A DNA stretch of 64,000 bases, taken from a virus. Shown one piece after another: positions 11,443 through 25,000 of this stretch. The DNA lies in the IMG/VR virus record IMGVR_UViG_3300030098_004191, positions 1-64,000 of that record; one strand, given 5' to 3'. The first letter of the stretch is position 1. Every line of letters starts with the position of its first letter. Under the pieces are notes generated by a model that searched no databases, was not told where the DNA came from, and saw only the letters and a program-made list of their open reading frames with translations. Both the position numbers and the translations under genes were made by a program.

Positions 11443-12987
11443 TTAGAATTCCAGGATGATCTTAACGTCTTCTTTTTGTCGAGTATTTCGAGCAATCGAG
11501 GCTCTATTATCTAAGTAGATAATTTCCCCTGATCCTTTATTTATCTCAGGACTAGCAAGTCCATTTGCAAAATTAACACCCAAACTAATAACTTTATTGT
11601 TTACGGTTGTAATACCTACATTAAAGTTAGTATCTATAGCACCATTTCCACTAGGGAAATTTACTTGAGATGCTGAAGATTCAAAAGGTATTACCTTACC
11701 AGACGTAGATACTCCAACATAATCAGTTTGATCATGAGAAGTAGAGTTATAATAAAGATTTCTATCTTGATAGTATTTAACGACTAAAGTTTCCGAATCA
11801 TATGATGCAACATACCCTTTAGCAATTCCACCCGCTTGTACTTGTGTAATTAAATTTCCAGCAACAGGAGCAGTTCCAGTAATACTTGAGAATTTAATGG
11901 AATTTAATGAAGAGAATTGATTATCTATAAAAGTTGTAGCTGATCCAGCAACTGTTGGATTTTTTACTATACCAATTTGTGAGAACTTAGTGTCTATTGG
12001 AAAATCCTTATCTTTATCATCAAATCTGGCATAAATTAAAATCTTATCAGTACCTAATTCTTTGTAAATATCATATCCATGTCCTTTTGTTGGAGGAATA
12101 ATAGGAATTAGTTTTGCTGATACTGAAGCAGTAGAATTAATCCTACCTAAATCAACAAATCCCCAAGTATAACCTTTACCACCAGAAGATACTATAGCTT
12201 TAGTTATTTTTCCACTAACAACATCAAGAACGACTTTACCACCAGTACCATCACCAACAATATCAAATTCTTGACCCAATCCACCAGAATACCCAGATCC
12301 TTGATTATCAATATAAATCTTCTTAATTTGATTATTATTTACCGATGAATCGGCATTATCACGAACTGATTGTATCTGAGACTCAGTACTAGTTGCCCAT
12401 TGATTTGGAACAGTTATATACTCCGTAGAATCAAATTTTATAATATCACTTGGAGAAACGGTAAACAAATACTTCCAAAGATATCCATCTCCACTACTAC
12501 CTGCAGCAGATGGTTCTAAATCAGTAAATAATGGTTCATCTTGAGATGCATTACCAGTAGTAGTGATTCCAGAGGATCCATTATCAATACAAACATATAC
12601 ATTGTAATTTTTATTCATTACATAGTAGTTTGCATCATAAAGTCTAGTTGCTTGTGTTATTGGAGCAGGATTTGTTCCACTATAATCATGACGATACATT
12701 TCATATCGTGTTCCTTGAATCCAATTAGTTCTTCTAATTAATCTACGGATATTAGCAGCACCTACCTTTTTACCAAACATCATAGTATCAGCAGTATGAT
12801 TTACTATATCAATACTGTCTGTTGGGTTTGGTATATTATCATCCCAATTATTTGTTCTACCAAATCCAACCGTAGATGGATTTGTCAATCCTAGAAATAC
12901 ATAATAAGAATTTGCAGGACTTTCTACAGTCTCTACAAAGTTATTTGCATTTAAAATCCTAAATTGATCTGTTACAATGGCAGCCAT
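11443..12987 (-). CDS. gp8: Baseplate wedge protein gp8
   Basis: VYVCIDN, DGYLWKYLF, C-terminal SGEIIYLDNR..RNTRQKEDVKIILEF. Confidence 0.93.
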   Translation of the reverse strand: MAAIVTDQFRILNANNFVETVESPANSYYVFLGLTNPSTVGFGRTNNWDDNIPNPTDSIDIVNHTADTMMFGKKVGAANIRRLIRRTNWIQGTRYEMYRHDYSGTNPAPITQATRLYDANYYVMNKNYNVYVCIDNGSSGITTTGNASQDEPLFTDLEPSAAGSSGDGYLWKYLFTVSPSDIIKFDSTEYITVPNQWATSTESQIQSVRDNADSSVNNNQIKKIYIDNQGSGYSGGLGQEFDIVGDGTGGKVVLDVVSGKITKAIVSSGGKGYTWGFVDLGRINSTASVSAKLIPIIPPTKGHGYDIYKELGTDKILIYARFDDKDKDFPIDTKFSQIGIVKNPTVAGSATTFIDNQFSSLNSIKFSSITGTAPVAGNLITQVQAGGIAKGYVASYDSETLVVKYYQDRNLYYNSTSHDQTDYVGVSTSGKVIPFESSASQVNFPSGNGAIDTNFNVGITTVNNKVISLGVNFANGLASPEINKGSGEIIYLDNRASIARNTRQKEDVKIILEF

Positions 12988-13005
12988 ATTACTAGCTTTT
13001 TCCTA

Positions 13006-13013
13006 TATTTATA
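13006..13013 (-). promoter_or_regulatory. T4-type late promoter TATAAATA
   Basis: Exact consensus between the gp7 stop and the gp8 start. Confidence 0.85.
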
Positions 13014-13018
13014 CTAAG

Positions 13019-16000
13019 TTAAAGACTCTTTCTCAGAGGACCGTTATTTCGGAGTCCAAATCCTCTTCTTTGGATTGTTGGATATGTTGATAATCCAGAT
13101 TGTCCATTAGTAAATCCAGTAACTCCCAACCCAATTGGTGGAACTCCTGTTCTAGTAAATCCTGAAAGTTTACCCCATGAGAATTTACCAACTGGACGTG
13201 TACCCTGAGTAGATAATCCAACTACAGGAGAATCAGAATGTACATTACAAGTAATAACACCAGCATTAGTATCAAATTCAGATACTAAGTAGATATTATT
13301 TAAGAATGTAGTTCCAGTACTAACCACATCATCATCATTGGTATATATGGAAGTTACTCCAGTGCCAATGGTTGTATCACAAATATAAATTGGTTGATTA
13401 TCTGTCAATGCATAAGCACCACCAACAAAGAATCTAACTGCTAAAGTTGTACCAATACCAACAGAAGTACTAATTCCAGTAATAATACCAGTAGCTCCAT
13501 TGAAAGTGCTAATCTTAGTGACAATTTCTGATGAAAATGTAGGTGCTTGTGCAATTACTTGTGGTGGATGTGCCTGAGAATATCCAAATCCAGGATTAAC
13601 TATAGATGATCCTGTAACAACACCATTTGTTAATGAGAGTGTAGCAGTAGCAGTTGATCCAATACCACTTACAGTATTTGTACCATCAGGTACAAATGTA
13701 GTTGTCATACCAACTGAGAATGGATTAGCAATTTTAACAGTTACTGACCCACTATATCCACTACCTCCACTAGTAATATCTAATGAAGAAATTGTTCCAT
13801 TAGTAGCAACTATTGCAGTAAGACCAGCAGCAACTGGATTTGAACCATCCACAATTATTCCACCAGCACTATCAACACTTATACCAGCAGCTGATCCTCC
13901 ATTTTTTAATGTAGTATTTTCATATAGGAATAATGATCGTGCATTTTGATCAATCCATACAAAGTCATCAGTTGGTTTGAGATCACCAATAATTCTTGCT
14001 GTTGGATAAACTTGTCCTTCAATAGAATCTCTTGATTTAGAAACTAAATCACCATTAATTGTTCTATCTGTTTTCTGCTTAATCCAAGATAATGGCTTGT
14101 AATTAACATCATCTACACCCTGCTTAGAATATAAATTAGTCTCTATAGTATCTGATGATTGAATATCATAAACAGTTCTAACATCTTGATTTACAGTAGT
14201 ACTAATACCATTATGCTTGAATATTTGAACACTATCACCCATCTTTAATGTAGGTACTACATCTGTTACTTGCTCAACATCATTTGCATTACCACCATCA
14301 ATATCTGTACCTTTATAGAAGAATATTGCAATATTATCATCTGCATCTGGTGCTTCAGTGAACACAAATGAAGTTCCACCTTCAAAAGTAAATGCCTCAC
14401 CAGGTATTTGAAGAATACCATTTACGTAAATCATTAATAATGATTTTGGATCTATTAATGATGATTGAGGATCTAATTCATCAATCTCAAAACTCAATAA
14501 TTCTCCATTATAGAAAAGTGGGAATCTTGTTCTGCGTCCATTTTGAAGGTTTTTAATAGTATCAATATAGTCAAATTCACCTACATTCCACGAAGCATAT
14601 GAATCATTAAAGATTTCAAGTATTTCAAGTTCAAAATCATCTCTAATATGTGTTAGTGATCTATCAGTAACAACTCCAACAGGTCTTATAACATCACCAA
14701 CTTCAAATGAATATCCAGGATTTGTAATTCTAAATGTCTTAACATCAGATAGAGAAAGAGAACTAACAGTTCTTGTTGATGGTAATTGTGCAGCATTATG
14801 AGTAAGAACTACATCAGTTACGATTCCGACTAAAGTTGTGATTGCAGATTGAACATTTGCACAATTGCCTGGATCGTATGTAATAGTATCATCAAATACT
14901 TGGGTTCTAGTTGTAAGTGCAGTATCAGAGACACCCACATTTACAGTAAATGTATTTCCAGCAGTTGCTGCAATAGCAATATTTGTATTGTGTATAGGAT
15001 CAGTTGTTCTTGGATAATCATGATTAGTTGCATTATTATCTCTATCACATGTAAATCTTAATGAATTTGTAGTAATTCTGACAAGATTAGATGCCTTTTG
15101 GATAGAACCTGTAGAAGAAGATTTAAATGTATGAGCATACTGATTATTTGCTGCAGGTAAACCAACATCAATAGTAAATGTATTGACTGTGGTTGATGCA
15201 ATAGAAACCCAAGTATCATACTTAGGATCTGATCTTCTAGGATAAGTATGCTCTGTTGCATGATTATCTCTAGCACAAGTAAATGTCAAAGAATTTGGAA
15301 CAATTTTAACCAAATCTCCTGTATGGAATCCATGTCCATTAAGTGTTAATTTTAAATTACCAGTTGTATGGAAATATTGAGCAGTACTTGGAGTATGTGT
15401 AGATGGTGCATGAACTGGATATATGTTATTTGGAACTGTTAATACCAAATCACCAGTTTCTGCATCATAAGTTGCTGTTGTAGGTGTAGTTGCACCAATT
15501 GCAACTCCTCCATCATTTCTTATAGAAATACCACCTGCTATAGGAGCACTAACGAAAGTATGATTATATTGTGCTCCAACTTGTGCAGAAACATCTACAT
15601 TTCTAATGGCTCTATTTGCCATATCAACAGCTTCTCTAAATGCATAGATTACTTGTTGTTCTTCTCCAGTAACAGGTGCTGGAGTCGAATAAACACCATT
15701 TACAAATAGATTTGCAGCATCATATGTCTTATCATTACCACCATATCTTAAGTTGTAGGCAACTGCCTCAAGAACATCTACAACATCATCAATACAATCT
15801 TGCTCAGTAAATCCAGATGGATAGTTATAGGAAGTAAACTTATCCTTCATTCTTCTTGCAGCAAGATCACCAATAAAGAGTTTGTTCTTTTCTATCAAAT
15901 CTGCTGCATCAGCAAACTTATTATCAGATCCAATTCCAATAGATGGTCCCATTCCAAGTGTAACAGATAATCCAATACCTGTAAGAGTTGTATTTCCCAA

Positions 16001-19000
16001 TCCACGTCTAAAGACACCCTCTACAGGAAGACTTTCATAAGCTGGTTGAGGTACAATTGGTTTTGGTTTTGTATATCCACTACCAGCATTATTAATAACA
16101 AATCCTGTTATTGTTCCACCAGCACCAATATTTGCTGTAATTTGTGCAGCAGTTCCAGTATGTCCACCTGCTTTACCTACATTAACAGAGATTGTATTTG
16201 CATCTACTACAGTAATTGCTAAGTTTGCATTACCACCAGCTGGATCAGTTGATCTTGGATAATCATGTCTAGTAAGATGTCCATCTTTAGAACATGTAAA
16301 TGTTAGTGAATTCTCTACTAATTGTACATTACCACTACTTCTTCCATGACTAGGAATAGTTAAAGTTAATACACCAGTTTCAGATACGTATGTTGCATTT
16401 GTGGGTGTAAATGGACCTCCTGTACCTGTTACAGCACCAGGAGCAGCACTAATGAAGGTGTGTGCGTATGCAGGATCAGTTATTCCAATTGCAATAGTTG
16501 ATGTATTATATCCAGATCCATATGACCAATTGAATGAATTAAGAGCACCAGTTGTTGCAATACCAACAGTACTAATACCACCAGAACCATTAATCTGTAC
16601 GGTTACAGCAGCACCAACAAGAGGAGCAATACCTAATCCACCTGTAGATCCAACAGAAACAACTACACCACCTCTAGGCAGATTGTTTTGGTTTACATCA
16701 GAAGTGCTTATAACTTGAGCTCCACTTACAGCAGAACTAACTCCAGTAAAGGTAATACTTGATATTCCAGAATTCTCAATGAAAGAATAATTATTATCTG
16801 GGTTATTATCTGTAGAGGGTTTCTGGAATATACCATTTATAAGTGTAAGAGTACTTCCAGTCTCAATACCAACAGTATTACCTCCACCAACACTTACTCT
16901 ATAAGTCTGTCCTATTCCAGTAAACGCCTCAGATATGTCATCAAAAATAACGTTTTTACTATAATTATTTCTCAAATATACCATTCCACCAAAATTAGAT
17001 CTCACAATATCAAGATTAGAATTATCTTTTTTGGTATTGCTACTACCTTTTGGAGAAGATGCAAAGTATACAGTACTTCCAACAATATTAAAATCTCCAT
17101 TATATAATCTAACTGTAGCATTATGATTATGTGTTGCAGGAGCAGTTCCAACAAATCCTCTTTCTACTTCTATCAAATTTGCAGATCCTGTATTAGTAAT
17201 AGGACCAAGAGCAGTAGTTCCTAAACCAACAGAAGTAACTTGCATATATTCATTATCAATTTTAATAACATCTTCAGATGTTATTGTTGCAATACCAGTA
17301 ACTTCAAATATAGTTCTAGAAGTTGATATTGATGCACCATTATTTGTTAAATTAGTAGTTACTGGTGTAAATGCTAATGGAGCTTGGACAACATTATCAA
17401 TACTCATTAAAGTTTTTTCAGACCTTTTACTCATTTCTAATTCATGAGCATTACCACCACCAACACTTGGGAAAGTGACACCAGTTCCAGAATTAGCATT
17501 TGATTCTGTTAATGCAAGTTTAAAGGTGTCTTTAGTTAATCTAATTGCATATACTTCAGTAGGTAAATTAGTCTGAGATGCATGTTGCAAATGAGTACCA
17601 GCAATACCTATAAATGTTGAATTTGGTGTGTATACTAATTCTTCACCAGTAGCAAAGAAATGATCATTAATAGTAAATATTCCAGTTACTGGATCTAATA
17701 CATTAGTGTCTGCTGGATTAAATATCTTTTCAAAAATTGGAACTCTATTATGCTTTAATGGGAAATCTTTCTTATTAATTCTATCTCCATTGAATGCATT
17801 AAATCTAAACAAAGATAATCCTTCACGAACAGTTCCATATGTAAGTTCTGGAGCAGTATTTAAATCATCATTTAGGGTATAAACTACTTCACTAAAACGT
17901 TGAATTTCTAAAGGTTGTCCATTTACTTCAGAATCTGGTTTAAAATATAATTTAATCTTACCAGAAGCATAATCTGAAGTAAAATGTCCCAATCCACCAG
18001 TACTTCCTATTGATAAAATTGGATAACTTGTTGTATGTACCGTATCTTTATTATGTACTGTTAAAAATTGATGAACTGCACTAGTATTTCCAGAGGATAC
18101 TCTTACAATATTTTTAACCGTAGAACAAACATCAGAACTAATTCCAGTATTGATTGAATAATTAGTACTTGGATTTGCAGCTGCAATATTGTGATATTCA
18201 GCATCGTATCTTAAAGATCTTTCAGATCCATCTGATTGTCCAGACTGCTTGAATCTATAAGTTCCAATACCAGCAGAAGTTACACCAAATCCAACAATTT
18301 TAGATCTTACAAGTAATTCACTACCAGAAGTAGGGTTCTCATACTGTAATGACAAAACATTTGAAGCTAATTTAGAGGTTATTATTCCTATAGAAGGACT
18401 AGCATATCCAATATATTCTGATGTATCTGTATAATACTCAGCAATATATGAATTTGTACCATCATGAGTTACTACAACTTCAACTAAATTCTTTTCATTT
18501 GTACTCTTATTAATAACTTCAATAGAAGCAAAGTAAGATTCAACAGCAGTTGTAGCTCTTGAAATTAATTCTGCAGTTGATCCAATACCAACAGTAGCAT
18601 TTACACCAGTAAGATCAACATATCCAATAGACTGTGTACCAATACCAGGTAAATCATTATTAAATGAATTCTTAACAACCTTTAAATCAAGGTCATCATT
18701 GTATATGTCTGTAGGTGTAAATCTTATAGTTCTATTATCAACATTATTAATTGTTGATAAAATACCTAATTTCTCTGAAGAATTTGTTACAGATCCTTTT
18801 TCAAGAACAAATGTATTTTCACTATCACCAAATGTAATAAACTCAGTAGATTCAATATCATTAGTGGATGGATTAATAACCTGTACCAAAAATCTTGAAT
18901 ATCCTTCTTCTATTGAAAAATCTACATATGGATATTGTGTACCTGCCTCAGAGAATAATGGACTAATATCATCTATAGTTAATACTCTATTTGTCTTACA

Positions 19001-22000
19001 TAACACATAATTTGCTAATTTTTTACTCTTAAATTCTACAAATTTAGATCTAGTTCCTAAAATATCAACATCTTTCGTCATATCGAAAGAATGTATAGTA
19101 TCAACTCTATTTTCAACAATAAAATCACTAACTATTGTTGTTGCATTAGTATTTGCAGTAGAACCAACTCCTACTGAAGATGAAATACCAACATCAGCAA
19201 AATTCTTAAGACCACTTGTATGAAGAAGCCTATTTACTGGGTTTACTAATTCTTCATATGTTATTGGACTTTTAACTGTATATGATAAATTTTGATAATA
19301 ATTATTATCAGGTACTACTTGGAAATCTTCATTTAATTTACCAACATCATTACTCCATCCATAATCTTTTCTTAAAGAATAATCAACGTCAAATCTAGCA
19401 ACATTCTTAACTATTTCATTAACTGTTGCGACAGATCCACTAAGAGCACCTAATATCCTTTCACCAACTTCTAATTCATAGGATCCTTTAATTTTAATTG
19501 TATTAGTAATACTTTCTGTTACTTTTAAATCAACTCTTGTATATTGACTATTTGTAAGAACTAAGAGATCTTCACCAAGAAGGAATTTAGTTGGTACTTG
19601 GGATGATTTAAATCTAGGATAAGAATTATAATTAACAATAGATCCAAATCCATTTTGTGCTGTTTGAGCAAGTCCGACAATAGATGTACTAATACCAGTT
19701 GCTATTCCCGTCATGTTCCATTCTACCTTATCAGCAGCACCAGAACTATCATATCCACTTACAGTAAAGAATTTATACCCATAATCTTCAGAATTAAATC
19801 CACTTCCTTGAACATAGGACTGCAAACCTTCAACAAATATCTTATCTCCCGTATTAAAAGGTTGAATACCAAAACCAGTAATAGGTGTAACTAATGTACA
19901 AGTTGTAAGACCTGTAGTACCATCATAGTCTAAAGATTTAACAGAAACACCATTAGTATTATTAATAGCAACTATTCTCTGTTCTATAGGAGTCAATCCT
20001 TTAGGTTCTTCAATAATATCAACAGAATTGAGTGTAACTCCGTTCATTACTGCTTCTAATATTCCAGTAGAAGCTTGTTTTCCTGTAGTTGGATCTACAA
20101 TAATTAAATCAGGTTCATTAGTATATCCAGTTCCACCAAAAGTAACATCAATTGCCTTAATAGTGTATGAATTTATTAAAGAAACTTTAGGAGGAACAAA
20201 TGCTTCTGGTCTAAGAGTTTTATCTGAAGAATATTCAAAACCTGGATCAATAATCCTAACATTACCAATTCTATTAATATTCTTAGATACTGGTAAAATC
20301 TCTGCGTTTATTCCTTGTGTAGATCCAATACTTACAAAGTGTGGTAATTGATTATATCCAAATCCACCAAAATTCAACTTAAGACTATCAACACCACCAA
20401 TATCTGTTGGTGAAGTCGTTGTATACTTTAAATTCTCAGTATCTGTTTGTGTGTATGAAAGTACTTCTGGTACTTCTGGCAATGAGACACTAAACGTAGT
20501 TGATCCAACTCCGAATATTGAATATTTTCCAGTATAAGTACTATCAACATAATTAATTTCAGAATTATTAGTTACTTCAGTATCTGCAGTACTAATAAAC
20601 CCAGATTTCTCTAATGTATAATATACACGAGATGGGTTAGTGGAAGAATAATTGAAATTAGATGACGTTCCAACTCCAACTACACTAAAACTATCTGTAC
20701 TTCCTGTAGAAACAAATTCATTATTAAAATCTGCATCATGAAAGAACTTTACATTATATCCATTAAGAGAACTATCTGATGTATCAAATGTTAAATCATT
20801 ATTATTAATTACTGGTATTGGTGGATTAATTAAAGCCAATTCTTGAGAAGATCCACCAGTACTACTAAAGTTTATTACTGTTGGTGGGAAATTAGATACA
20901 TCATAATGAGTTTCTGCTAATTGAATATTGTCATCATCTACTCTATAAACAAAATATGCAGTATCTTTTGATAAATTTCCTATAGCAGTATTTGCACTAT
21001 AAAAAACTTTATCTCCTGTTTTAAATCCATGTGCAGCAAGTGTAATTTGATTAGTTGTTGAACTAACATTAGATGCAGCAAATAATACTGGATTTACTAA
21101 TAAAGTCTCATTCTTATACTTTAATTTAACAGATATTGAAGTACCAATTCCAACAGATTGATCAGAATTTGCAGTGATATGTACAATATCACCATAAGAC
21201 ATACTATGTGGAGTAGTAAGAGTTACTTTTGCATCAATCTTCTGTACTTTTGCTGTTACTTGAGTATAATCAGATTTTATAGAATATTCAAACTCATTAG
21301 AACCTTTAGTATGGAAAAATAGACCGTCTGTAGATGTTGTTAATCCAACTTCAGTAGTAACTCCAATATAATCTTTAGATTTTTTAATAACATAAAGAAT
21401 CTGATCTGAACCAGACATTGGAATACCAAATGCAGTAGCACCAGTATTTGATACTTGTAAAGCCGAAGTACCTTTTGTAAGTATTACTTTTTGATTAGTT
21501 TTAAATGGATGATTTGGTAAGTATATGGATTGTGTAGGTGTAGATGCAGTAAATTGCACTTCACCAATAGTATATGGACTTGTAGATCCAATACCAGCTA
21601 TTGTACCAACACCAAGTGCTTGTGAAGGATTGAAATAAACAATATCATCTACTTTAGATTCAAAATATGGAGATTCTACTGGTAATGTGAAATAACTTGG
21701 GATTAAATCAACTAAAGTTGAAGCTGTGTGTGCAGAACCTACAACGCCCCTCTTGACCCTTATTACCTTATTATCATCAAATGTATTAAGTACTAGTAAC
21801 TTCTCTGTTCCAATGCCTATACTACTACCTACAGAGACATTATCTGGTATATGAGATACATATATGTCAGTTATAATTCCTGCAGTTGCATTTGCAACAA
21901 TATCTTTTGTTATTACAGTTCTATCTGTAACTATACCAATTGAATGGGTGTCAGTTAATGATTTTATAAAAGTTGATACTCCAGAAATCGTTAAATTATC

Positions 22001-25000
22001 AGTTTCATTAAATGCATGAGATGTTGAAATATATCCAGATATTTGATTAGGACTATCCCATACCATTACTACATCTTGATAAGTATCAATATTTGTTTGA
22101 ATATTAAGAATTGATTTACCAGTTATAGTACTAACAGTAGCATTTAATCCACCACCAATTCCACTATTAGTAGTAAATTTAGCAACTTCACCAACTTTAT
22201 ATCCAGTTCCACCTTCAACAATATCAAATGAATCTACAGATCCTTTCTTAACAGATTCTACTAAAGAGATTTGTTCTATTGCTTCATTAGATTCAATTAG
22301 ATAATCATTATCTGCATATTTGTCTGATACTTTATATGGAAGGGTGTTTCTTATTAAAGATGATGATCCAAAATCAAAATTATTCTGATTTATTAAGAAA
22401 TTATCACTAACTGGTTCAGATCTATAAGTATCTCCTATGAAATAAGGAAATTCTGGCAAAGTACTAATACTATTAATACCTGCAACATATACATAAGCAC
22501 CCTGTGGATATTCAGGAGTTTTAGTGAAAATACCATTATTTTCATCCAAATCACCAGAATTATCAAAAGTATAATCTTCTACAAAGAATCCAGGATTAAA
22601 TCCAATTGGCCTATCACTAACAATTCCACTAGTATTAGTATAACCACTTCTTAAAATTCTTATCGGTGAGTTTCTATCAGATGGATCTGTATGTCCATAT
22701 GGACCATAAATTGGATTACCGTCATATGCCCATCCAATAATTGGTGAATGATCTGCTCCAGTATCACCAAATTCTACAGAACCAATAGAAGTTGAATATC
22801 CAATATATGAATATCCAATTCCCTTATCCGAATCTAATAAACCAGATATATTTCCATCAAAGTTATTAATAGTTAATTTCCTAACATGAGAATCTAAAAT
22901 AGCATTAGATCCTGCTGCAATAACTTTTATAGATGTATTATTTTGAGTGTAATTAATACCAGGATTAATTATAGTAACATCAGTAATCTTACCATTAGTA
23001 ATATCTGCTCTTAATTTAGCACCAATACCATCACCAACAACTTCTAATGTAGGAGCAGAACTATATTCTCTTCCACCAAATTGTATATCAATTGCAGTTA
23101 TAGACCCACTAGTTGTCCCAATACCTATTGCATTATTAGTAATAATTGGTTTTAATGAGGCATCTTTTCCATTTTTAATTGTTATTATTGGTTTTCTTTC
23201 AAGATTTAATACAGTACTACCATATCCAGTTCCACCATCATAAACATAAGTATCAATAATAGATCCACGAACAACAGGAACAGCCGTTATTATACCAACT
23301 TCACCAGAATACTCAATATCTAAATTAAGTTCTACAGGTGGATATTCAAAATTTTGTAATCCAACCCCATTAGATCCAAATTTAATATAATTTTTTCTTA
23401 CATAATTTGATGTTATTGTTCCAGCAATTCCAGCATCAGCAAGTTGGAAAGCATGATCATCAACCTTAATAACCTGATATTGATTACTTGTTGTTGTAAT
23501 TCCAGTTTTTGCTGTTAATCCAGAAATTACCGTACCAGCAGTAGAATATAATATCTTATCACCATCATTAAATCCATGATTTTCAAAATTAACTGTTGAT
23601 GTAACTGTAGAAATACCTGTTTCACCAACAATTAATTTTCTATTTGTGTATCCTTTACCTGGATTGATTACTTTAAGTGCATATAATGTATCTTTACTTT
23701 CATATATTCTAAATTTTTGAGTACCAGTATTTGTAAATGATGTAAATCCAACAGTATTAATACCTGCATTATAGTCAGATTGAGTTGGATATAATTTAAT
23801 TGTAGAAGAATTAACTATTTTTGGCCAATATTTGTTTCCTGATTGTAAAAATTTATTCTGATTTGCATTATTACTTACTTCACCAATACTAAGAGCACTA
23901 TTTCCATTACTATTATAAATCAATACTTGTCCATTAGATAAGTTATGCTGACCTATAAAGGTTATTGTATCATCTGTAAGATCAACACCACCACCTCGAT
24001 TACTCAAACGAGCATCAAAAAATACATCTCTGAATCTTTTAGTTAATACTGGTTCTAATACAGCACCATCACCATTACCACCCGAAATATTAGCAGATAA
24101 TACACGTTCAATATCATAATCTTGAGGATCTATTAGAATATCTTCAACACTACCACTAATTACTGGTTGAATTTTAGCCGTATTTCCTATACCACCTGTA
24201 CTGATTGTATCTGCAGCAGATACAACAATATCTGGAAGATTAATTACATCATACCCAGTTCCACCATTTAAAACATCTATATGTGTTATTGGACCATAAA
24301 ATATATTATCATCAGTTTTATAATTGGCAATTTGAACGCCATTAACTAGCATTCCTGTTGCCCCAGATTCAGTTTTAGTGGATTTTCCAGACTTAATATT
24401 AGTTTCTATTGGAAATTTCTTTAATAATCCTTGAGCACTAATTTTTCTATTTTGTTGTTTATTAAGTGTAAATGTATGATTACCAGTAGATGATAATAAT
24501 TGTATATTTTTTTCTGTACCATCAGCATCTGGTATTATAAAAGATCTAGATGGATATATCTTAATTTGGTTAGGTTGTGATAATATTTTAACATAATAGG
24601 TTCCTTCTTCCAATCCATCTATAGGATCTGAATCTGGAGAATAATATACAGCGTCTCCTGTAATAAATGGAACAGGTGCAGGGAAAGATAAAATATTATA
24701 TCTTAATGTAGTAGTATCTTGATCTTGTAAATATCCAGCCACAACCATATCAGTTGAGGTTGGTATAGTTGTCGATGCAAGAGATACATTTATATCATAT
24801 GATGGTAATGAATTGGATGCTACGTAAATATTTTTATCATCATCATTATATACATTAGTAATATCTGATGTAAGAATATTTTGACCATAATCAATTTCTA
24901 TACCAGAACTTGTTGCCTTATTAATTTGTCTTCTAACATCATATTCACTGTTTACTGTCTCTGGTAAAGGAGATATTCCTGGAAGAAGTGTAAAATTATC

